Part shown: positions 32,079-36,929 of the stretch, piece by piece | Position numbering within the stretch: position 1 is the first letter of the stretch | Layout: each line of letters opens with the position of its first letter | IMG/VR virus record: IMGVR_UViG_3300031860_000003 | Span: 1 to 48,532 of that record | DNA from: a virus | Lineage: Duplodnaviria; Caudoviricetes | Reading direction: 5' to 3' (one strand) | DNA: 48,532 nt | The notes under the pieces: model-generated | Told to the model about the DNA's origin: nothing | Seen by the model: only the letters and a program-made list of their open reading frames with translations | Database searches by the model: none | Position numbers and translations under genes: made by a program

Positions 32079-32263
32079 TCGCCGTGCCTCGCGTACCGGT
32101 CGAACTCCCGGTCATCCTTGTTGGTCCAGTTCAGCGACTTGTACAGCGCGCGCCGGGCCTCCGACTCGCGGGCCTCGGCCATCGCCTCGTCGACGAGCTC
32201 GCGGAACGGCGCGAACACAAGCCGGCACAGTGCGATGACCGCATCACACAACAACCTGCGCAC
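32075..32263 (-). CDS. Hypothetical protein (62 aa)
   Basis: GTGA overlap with the terL start. Confidence 0.5.
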   Translation of the reverse strand: MRRLLCDAVIALCRLVFAPFRELVDEAMAEARESEARRALYKSLNWTNKDDREFDRYARHGE

Positions 32264-32345
32264 GGGGTAATGGTCCCGCGCTAGTTTCCGTTACTGGGGT
32301 CAAGCACATTCCCCGGCGTGTCGCATTTCGCTTTACGCGAAACAG

Positions 32346-32421
32346 TAGCGCGGGTCGGATTCGAACCGACGATTGCTTGGTTATGAGCCAAGAGGGATAG
32401 GCCTGGCTTCCCTACCGCGCT
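32346..32421 (-). tRNA. tRNA-Met(CAT)
   Basis: Cloverleaf; anticodon loop CTCATAA. Confidence 0.9.
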
Positions 32422-32423
32422 CG

Positions 32424-32495
32424 CTGAGGTGCCTGGACTCGAACCAAGATCAACGGAGCCAGAGTCCGTTGTGCTGCCGTTTACACCACACCTCA
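32424..32495 (-). tRNA. tRNA-Gln(CTG)
   Basis: Cloverleaf; loop CTCTGGC. Confidence 0.9.
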
Positions 32496-32499
32496 TTCG

Positions 32500-32572
32500 C
32501 TGACCTGGGAGGAGTCGAACCTCCAACTACTGGATTAACAGTCCAGCGTTCTGCCAGTTGAACTACAGGCCA
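32500..32572 (-). tRNA. tRNA-Asn(GTT)
   Basis: Cloverleaf; loop CTGTTAA. Confidence 0.92.
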
Positions 32573-32576
32573 CCGG

Positions 32577-32649
32577 CGCCTCCTGCCGGGATCGAACCGG
32601 CGATCTCCTGGATGAGAGCCAGGTGAGATGACCGCTACTCCAAGGAGGC
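32577..32649 (-). tRNA. tRNA-Glu(CTC)
   Basis: Cloverleaf; loop CTCTCAT. Confidence 0.9.
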
Positions 32650-32650
32650 G

Positions 32651-32723
32651 TGATTCCGATCGGACTCGAACCGATGTCGTCCGGCTTGAAAGGCCGGCAG
32701 GCTAACCGCTACCCCACGGAACC
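32651..32723 (-). tRNA. tRNA-Glu(TTC)
   Basis: Cloverleaf; loop CTTTCAA. Confidence 0.9.
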
Positions 32724-32727
32724 GGGG

Positions 32728-32799
32728 TGCGCCCGGTCGGGCTCGAACCGACGTCTCAGGATTAAAAGTCGAGAGCTAAACCATCTCAGCTACGGGCGC
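32728..32799 (-). tRNA. tRNA-Lys(TTT), two anticodon-stem mismatches
   Basis: Loop CTTTTAA; stem CTCGA/TCCTG. Confidence 0.82.
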
Positions 32800-32841
32800 C
32801 TGATTGGGCATGCGTTCAGGCTCCGGTTTACGCTGTCGCAT
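32776..32841 (-). CDS. Candidate leader peptide MRQRKPEPERMPNQAPVAEMV
   Basis: GAAGGAG SD, TATACT -10 at 32876-32881; codons match the downstream tRNAs. Confidence 0.7.
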   Translation of the reverse strand: MRQRKPEPERMPNQAPVAEMV

Positions 32842-32907
32842 TTCAGGCTCCTTCCGTGCTCGGGATGTCGCGTTGAGTATAACCTCCCACCGCGCCACAC
32901 TGGCGCA

Positions 32908-33954
32908 ATGGACGCTCAATCCCCGCCGCCGCCGGCGATCCCCGCCGATGACGACGAGCTGCACCAGATGCTGGTCGCCAAATTCCGCAGCCGCACCATC
33001 AGCTCCTGGGCGCTCACCGCACCCGCCATCCCCAGCCTGATCGACGAGTACATCGACACATGCGACAAGATGCTCGTCCCGGTGTCCCGGCCCTGGGCGT
33101 CGTTGACCCGCGAGGACAAGCGCGACATGCTCGCGCCCACCATCCAGGAGGCATTCGACGCCTCCCCCCGGTCGCGCGTCACCCTCGACTGGGATTCCAA
33201 CACCGACGTCCTGCGTATCTCCGCGCGGGTCCAGAGCATCAGCGACAGCTACGACTCCTGGCTGGACGATCGCGGCTGGGCCCCGTTCGGCACCCACGCC
33301 GACGCGCGCGTGTGGCTGTTGGCCGAAGAACTCTCGGGGGGCCGGCGCGACATCCCCATCCTGGACATCGGCGCCGGCGTCGGCCGCAACGCGATCGCGC
33401 TGGCCCGGCACGGCTACCCGGTCGATGCGGTCGAGCTGGCCCCGCGGTTCGCCGCGCAGATCCGTGCCAACGCCGACTACCTGGAGCTGACCAACATCCG
33501 CGTCCTGGCCTGCGACGTGTTCGACACCGAGGACCTGCGCGACGACTATCAGCTGATCTTCGCCGCCGAGGTGGCCACCGACTGGCAGTTCGCCCAGTGC
33601 CGCAACCTGTTCGAGCTCGCCGCCAAGCGGTTGGCTCCCGGTGGCCTGCTGCTGTTCTCCGCGTTCATCGCGCGGCAGGGTTACACCCCCACCCAGGTGG
33701 CGCGCGAGCTCGGCCAGCACGCCCTGTGCCGCCCGTTCACCGCCGACGAGATGACCGAGGCGGCGGCGGGCCTGCCGCTCGAGCTGATCGCCGACGACTC
33801 GGTCTACGACTACGAGAAGGGGCACCTGCCCAAGGAGGCGTGGCCGCCTGCAATATGGTTCGAGGCTTGGGCCACCGGCAACAACCTGTTCGCCGGCGCG
33901 CCCGATGCGTCCCCGATGCAGCTGCGCTGGCTGGTCTACCGGCGCAACTACTGA
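32908..33954 (+). CDS. Class I SAM-dependent methyltransferase
   Basis: ILDIGAGVGRN motif I, VDAVEL and LAPGGLL; high GC3. Confidence 0.9.
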   Translation: MDAQSPPPPAIPADDDELHQMLVAKFRSRTISSWALTAPAIPSLIDEYIDTCDKMLVPVSRPWASLTREDKRDMLAPTIQEAFDASPRSRVTLDWDSNTDVLRISARVQSISDSYDSWLDDRGWAPFGTHADARVWLLAEELSGGRRDIPILDIGAGVGRNAIALARHGYPVDAVELAPRFAAQIRANADYLELTNIRVLACDVFDTEDLRDDYQLIFAAEVATDWQFAQCRNLFELAAKRLAPGGLLLFSAFIARQGYTPTQVARELGQHALCRPFTADEMTEAAAGLPLELIADDSVYDYEKGHLPKEAWPPAIWFEAWATGNNLFAGAPDASPMQLRWLVYRRNY

Positions 33955-33976
33955 GTGTCCACGGGGTGGACACCTG

Positions 33977-34046
33977 CTGCTCCGCCAGGATTCGAACCTG
34001 GACAACGAGAACCAAAATCTCGACGGCTGCCGGTTACCACGGAGCA
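33977..34046 (-). tRNA. tRNA-Gln(TTG), shortened D arm
   Basis: Loop TTTTGGT; intact T and acceptor arms. Confidence 0.8.
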
Positions 34047-34047
34047 G

Positions 34048-34117
34048 TGCCCCCGAGTGGAGTCGAACCACCGCAACCGAGTTTCGGAAACTCAGGGCCA
34101 GATCCGCTGGCGAAGGC
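34048..34117 (-). tRNA. tRNA-Arg(CCG), atypical D arm
   Basis: Loop TTCCGAA; D hairpin CCAG/CTGG directly abuts the acceptor stem. Confidence 0.7.
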
Positions 34118-34148
34118 TAATTGCGAATTCCGAAATTGGAAATTAGCG

Positions 34149-34222
34149 CCCCGCCGGAGGGATTCGAACCCCCATTTCATGGCTTAGAACACCACCGCTG
34201 ATCCAGATTCAGCTACGGCGGG
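34149..34222 (-). tRNA. tRNA-Arg(TCT)
   Basis: Cloverleaf; loop GTTCTAA. Confidence 0.82.
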
Positions 34223-34271
34223 CAGGCGAGACTGAGCGTTGTCGCCTTCGTCTCGCCTGCCGTCGCATCAT
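34209..34271 (-). CDS. Candidate leader peptide MMRRQARRRRQRSVSPARRS
   Basis: GGTGAGG SD; uses all six Arg codons and both Gln codons. Confidence 0.7.
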   Translation of the reverse strand: MMRRQARRRRQRSVSPARRS

Positions 34272-34350
34272 GACCTCACCTAACCGAACCAGACCACAGC
34301 CTGCCGTGCCCTATCATGCCCGACCTTGCCAGACCTATCCGGACCGGACC
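34271..34350 (-). repeat. GGY-NN pentamer array 2 (13 of 16 units perfect)
   Basis: Minus strand GGTCC GGTCC GGATA GGTCT GGCAA GGTCG GGCAT GATAG GGCAC GGCAG GCTGT GGTCT GGTTC GGTTA GGTGA GGTCA. Confidence 0.88.
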
Positions 34351-34371
34351 ATACGGCATCACATCACTGCG

Positions 34372-34444
34372 TGCCCTCACGAGGAATCGAACCCCGGGCC
34401 TCCTGGTCCGTAGCCAGGCGCTCTCTCCGCTGAGCTATGAAGGC
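34372..34444 (-). tRNA. tRNA-Arg(ACG)
   Basis: Cloverleaf; loop CTACGGA. Confidence 0.9.
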
Positions 34445-34445
34445 G

Positions 34446-34519
34446 TTCCTGCTCCTGGGATCGAACCAGGGTCCTTCTCCTTATCAGGGAGCTGCCCCTA
34501 CCAACTGGGCCAAGCAGGA
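34446..34519 (-). tRNA. tRNA-Ile(GAT)
   Basis: Cloverleaf; loop CTGATAA. Confidence 0.88.
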
Positions 34520-34520
34520 C

Positions 34521-34595
34521 TGGCGACCCATACGGGGAACGATCCCGCGACCTCCGGCTTGACGGGCCGGCGCTCTACCACTGAGCTAATGAGCC
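34521..34595 (-). tRNA. tRNA-Asp(GTC), encoded CCA
   Basis: Loop CCGTCAA; T loop ATCGTTC. Confidence 0.85.
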
Positions 34596-34671
34596 AGGTG
34601 GGCAACTCCCCTCCGACGAGAGGGGCGGCAGTTACCAGATCCGTAGCTGGGTTCGCCGATGGTAGTTACCC
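34596..34671 (-). ncRNA. Unknown structured RNA, copy A
   Basis: Fills the Gly-Asp spacer; homologous to 35673-35769. Confidence 0.55.
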
Positions 34672-34672
34672 G

Positions 34673-34745
34673 AGCACCCGACGGGCTACGATCCCGCGGC
34701 CTCCACGTTGGCAACGTGGCGCTCTGCCTGCTGAGCTACGAGTGC
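34673..34745 (-). tRNA. tRNA-Gly(GCC)
   Basis: Loop TTGCCAA; T loop ATCGTAG. Confidence 0.88.
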
Positions 34746-34774
34746 CTGCGCTTCGCTGATTCAGTTATTGTACG

Positions 34775-34850
34775 AGCCGCAGACAGGAATCGAACCTGCG
34801 CTCTGCTTGCTTACAAGGCAAGTGCTACAGCCAACATGAGCTACTGCGGC
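34775..34850 (-). tRNA. tRNA-Thr(TGT)
   Basis: Cloverleaf; loop CTTGTAA. Confidence 0.88.
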
Positions 34851-34853
34851 CTG

Positions 34854-34926
34854 TGCGCTCGGCAGGGATCGAACCTGCGGCCTGAAGATTAAGAGTCAAC
34901 AGCTCTACCGACTGAGCTACGAGCGC
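34854..34926 (-). tRNA. tRNA-Lys(CTT), two anticodon-stem mismatches
   Basis: Loop CTCTTAA; stem GTTGA/TCTTC. Confidence 0.85.
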
Positions 34927-34985
34927 GGATCAACCGGGGCGGTCGTCGGCTTTCGCCGCCCCTGTGTGCGCGTTCGTCGCATCAT
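34917..34985 (-). CDS. Candidate leader peptide MMRRTRTQGRRKPTTAPVDPRS
   Basis: AAG plus four Thr codons directly upstream of tRNA-Lys(CTT) and tRNA-Thr(TGT). Confidence 0.6.
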   Translation of the reverse strand: MMRRTRTQGRRKPTTAPVDPRS

Positions 34986-34986
34986 G

Positions 34987-35058
34987 TGTCCCGAGCAGGT
35001 ATCGAACCTGCGGCCTCCACCGTGTCGGGGTGGCGCTCTCCCGCTGAGCTACCAGGAC
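34987..35058 (-). tRNA. tRNA-Val(GAC)
   Basis: Cloverleaf; loop CCGACAC. Confidence 0.87.
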
Positions 35059-35139
35059 GGGGCCCAGGCTTTTGATGACGGTGAACCTGAGCCCGAAACA
35101 CCGGACGGTCAAGTCTCGTGGCGCCACGGCTTGACCCAG

Positions 35140-35211
35140 TGTCCCGTCGTGGTATCGAACCACGGGCCTCCTGCGTGTGAAACAGGCGCTCTCCCGCTGA
35201 GCTAACAGGAC
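35140..35211 (-). tRNA. tRNA-Val(CAC)
   Basis: Cloverleaf; loop TTCACAC. Confidence 0.88.
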
Positions 35212-35212
35212 G

Positions 35213-35285
35213 TGCCAAGACGTGGAATCGAACCACGGCCTCCGGCTTTTCAGACCGGCGCTGCTACCAACTGAGCTATCGAGGC
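35213..35285 (-). tRNA. tRNA-Phe(GAA)
   Basis: Loop CTGAAAA; two acceptor-stem mismatches. Confidence 0.83.
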
Positions 35286-35286
35286 G

Positions 35287-35360
35287 TGGACCAGGGCGGA
35301 TTCGAACCGTCATCCGTCTCCTTGCAAGGGAGCTGCTCTGCCAATTGGAGCTACAAGCCC
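35287..35360 (-). tRNA. tRNA-Ala(TGC)
   Basis: Loop CTTGCAA; G3:U70 identity pair. Confidence 0.88.
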
Positions 35361-35450
35361 GTATGAAGTTGGGTCCGGTCCTTCGCGTCTTTCGTTCCGG
35401 CTACCCCCACCGAGGTCTGACCTCGCGCTGGTGGACGAGGGGCGCTAGCG

Positions 35451-35521
35451 AGCGGATGACCGGAATCGAACCGGTGTCGGCAGCTCGGAGGGCTGCTGCG
35501 CGGCCACTACGCCACACCCGC
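35451..35521 (-). tRNA. tRNA-Gly(TCC)
   Basis: Loop CCTCCGA; U73. Confidence 0.85.
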
Positions 35522-35596
35522 TGGGGTAACCGACCGGAATCGAACCGGCGTCCTCGGGGCCACATCCCGATGCTCTGCCATTGAGCTACGACTACC
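35522..35596 (-). tRNA. tRNA-His(GTG), G-1:C73 and encoded CCA
   Basis: Cloverleaf; loop ATGTGGC. Confidence 0.9.
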
Positions 35597-35597
35597 G

Positions 35598-35669
35598 AGC
35601 GCCCGGCGTGGGTCGAACACGCTTAAGCGGGTTTGCAGCCCGCCACCTGATCCGTTCGGTCACAGGCGC
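35598..35669 (-). tRNA. tRNA-Cys(GCA)
   Basis: Loop CTGCAAA; U73. Confidence 0.88.
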
Positions 35670-35672
35670 TTT

Positions 35673-35769
35673 GGTGGTGGCGCTCCCCTCCGGCGAGAGG
35701 GGCGACACGCTCCCCGAGTGGGGAGCTCATACCGGAACCGTAGCCGGATTGGCCGTTGGTAGCGTCACC
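35673..35769 (-). ncRNA. Unknown structured RNA, copy B
   Basis: Homologous to 34596-34671 with an extra hairpin; starts 7 nt after TGGACC-N17-TACCGT. Confidence 0.55.
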
Positions 35770-35816
35770 GTGTACCACGGTAAACCCTGCCGCCGACAAG
35801 GTCCATCCATTTTCCG

Positions 35817-35897
35817 TACCGGCAGCAGGAGTCGAACCTGCACAGCTCACGCCACGGATTTACAGTCCGCTTCCCTCGCCACATGGGATGCGCCGGC
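35817..35897 (-). tRNA. tRNA-Tyr(GTA)
   Basis: Loop CTGTAAA; extended variable arm. Confidence 0.88.
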
Positions 35898-35898
35898 G

Positions 35899-35969
35899 CA
35901 CGCTCCCCAGGAATCGAACCCAGACCAAGAGGTTTGGAAGCTCTTGTGCTACCACTACACCAGGAGCGC
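35899..35969 (-). tRNA. tRNA-Trp(CCA)
   Basis: Loop TTCCAAA; G73. Confidence 0.85.
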
Positions 35970-35973
35970 CTCG

Positions 35974-36047
35974 TCGGGGAGGCAGGATTCGAACCTGCGA
36001 TGTCTTGATCCCAAATCAAGTGGGCTGCCTGGCTGCCCTACACCCCG
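35974..36047 (-). tRNA. tRNA-Pro(TGG)
   Basis: Loop TTTGGGA; C1-G72, A73. Confidence 0.9.
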
Positions 36048-36080
36048 GTTTGGTCCCGGCGTGTGTCCACGACCGGGCGG

Positions 36081-36116
36081 CTAGCGCCAGGGATACGGTC
36101 GTGGGGCGAAGAACAT
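36081..36116 (-). CDS. Candidate leader peptide MFFAPRPYPWR
   Basis: TATGAT 7 nt before the ATG (leaderless spacing); Pro/Tyr/Trp codons upstream of tRNA-Pro, -Trp and -Tyr. Confidence 0.72.
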   Translation of the reverse strand: MFFAPRPYPWR

Positions 36117-36132
36117 GGTGATCATCATAGCG

Positions 36133-36204
36133 TGCGCTTCCAGGGATTCGAACCCTGACTGGGCCGGGTTTAAGCCAGCTGCCTCTGCGTTGGGCTAGAA
36201 GCGC
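36133..36204 (-). tRNA. tRNA-Leu(TAA), short variable loop
   Basis: Cloverleaf; loop CTTAAAC. Confidence 0.85.
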
Positions 36205-36205
36205 G

Positions 36206-36278
36206 TACACCCTCTGGGATTCGAACCCAGACTTGACCGGGTTTGAGCCGGATGCCTCTCCCGTTGGGCTAAGGGTGC
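36206..36278 (-). tRNA. tRNA-Leu(CAA), short variable loop
   Basis: Cloverleaf; loop CTCAAAC. Confidence 0.85.
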
Positions 36279-36284
36279 TTGCCG

Positions 36285-36358
36285 TACTCCCGGTGCGATT
36301 CGAACGCACACTGTCTGGTTCCTGAGACCAGTGCTTCTGCCAGTTGAGCGACGGGAGC
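36285..36358 (-). tRNA. tRNA-Leu(CAG), short variable loop
   Basis: Cloverleaf; loop CTCAGGA. Confidence 0.85.
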
Positions 36359-36387
36359 AGGTTTCTTGTTTCTTTGTTTCGTAAAAG

Positions 36388-36476
36388 CGGAGGGCGGAGG
36401 TCATGCTCCCCGAGCGCCATCACGCGCTACCCGGTATTCGACGCCGGTCGCAGGCTATCCCGCTGCTTCACCCTCC
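36388..36476 (-). tRNA. tRNA-Ser(CGA), atypical T arm
   Basis: Loop GTCGAAT; long variable arm AGCGC/GCGCT; T arm lacks TTC. Confidence 0.7.
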
Positions 36477-36477
36477 G

Positions 36478-36562
36478 AGGAGGGCTACGGGATTGAACCG
36501 TAAGCGGTGAGGCTTGCTCGGGTTAGCAACCCGGCTCCGGCGACCAACCGGAAAAGCCCTCC
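36478..36562 (-). tRNA. tRNA-Ser(GCT)
   Basis: Loop TTGCTAA; long variable arm. Confidence 0.82.
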
Positions 36563-36566
36563 AGAC

Positions 36567-36614
36567 TTAGCTAAGTCGTAAGGGACTAGATGACAGCAAT
36601 CGGTGGTCGCGCAC
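36567..36614 (-). CDS. Candidate leader peptide MRDHRLLSSSPLRLS
   Basis: TACACT 7 nt before the GTG; 8 Leu/Ser codons upstream of the Ser/Leu tRNAs. Confidence 0.75.
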   Translation of the reverse strand: MRDHRLLSSSPLRLS

Positions 36615-36631
36615 GTCAAGCAGTGTAGCAG

Positions 36632-36699
36632 TGCCGCACAAGGGATTTGAACCCTTCCCGTTCGCTTGGTTAGGGCTCACGGTCTGCCGTCGGTGCGGC
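36632..36699 (-). ncRNA. tRNA-like element or pseudo-tRNA
   Basis: Perfect 7-bp acceptor and AAGGG-TTCAAAT-CCCTT T arm; no canonical anticodon arm. Confidence 0.5.
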
Positions 36700-36776
36700 T
36701 TTCCAGCGGTGCTCCATAAACGTCAGCATCAGATACCAGCGCAGGGCCCGCCAGCGCATGGCCCACCACTCGGACA

Positions 36777-36929
36777 TCAGCACGCCAGCCTGGGGATGTT
36801 GATGCACCTGCACAAGTAGTACATGTCGTCATCCTCGGTCAACTCAGCGGCGGTGCCGATCTCGATGCCCTCGCTGTCGTAGATCACGCTGACGTCGGGC
36901 ATCATGCCCATCGTCACCAGCCCGTTCAC
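36777..36929 (-). CDS. Hypothetical protein (50 aa)
   Basis: GTGA-coupled; high GC3. Confidence 0.5.
   Translation of the reverse strand: MNGLVTMGMMPDVSVIYDSEGIEIGTAAELTEDDDMYYLCRCINIPRLAC

Noticed and set aside
34149-34222. CTA anticodon reading of tRNA-Arg(TCT)
   Set aside because: The stem register GTGGT/GCCAT centres TCT, and the upstream Arg leader agrees.
24786-34350. Pentamer arrays as CRISPR arrays or coding repeats
   Set aside because: No 25-45 bp repeat-spacer structure and no cas genes; a 5-bp period is out of codon phase.
34596-34671. c-di-GMP riboswitch, twister or HDV-like ribozyme identity for the duplicated RNA
   Set aside because: Only short words match; I could not build the required topology by eye.
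35059-35139. Hammerhead-like TGATGA...CGAAAC words
   Set aside because: They are on the non-transcribed strand, stem II cannot form, and the region folds as two simple hairpins.
34316-36423. ORF-track proteins across the tRNA array
   Set aside because: They overlap tRNA cloverleafs and lack coding character.
36632-36699. Amber suppressor or tRNA-Pyl call
   Set aside because: CTA is present but is not centred in a 7-nt loop on a proper stem.
36631-36819. Plus-strand 62-aa ORF with CRRCG
   Set aside because: Antisense to the tRNA-like element and the coupled minus-strand ORFs, with no SD; not fully excluded.
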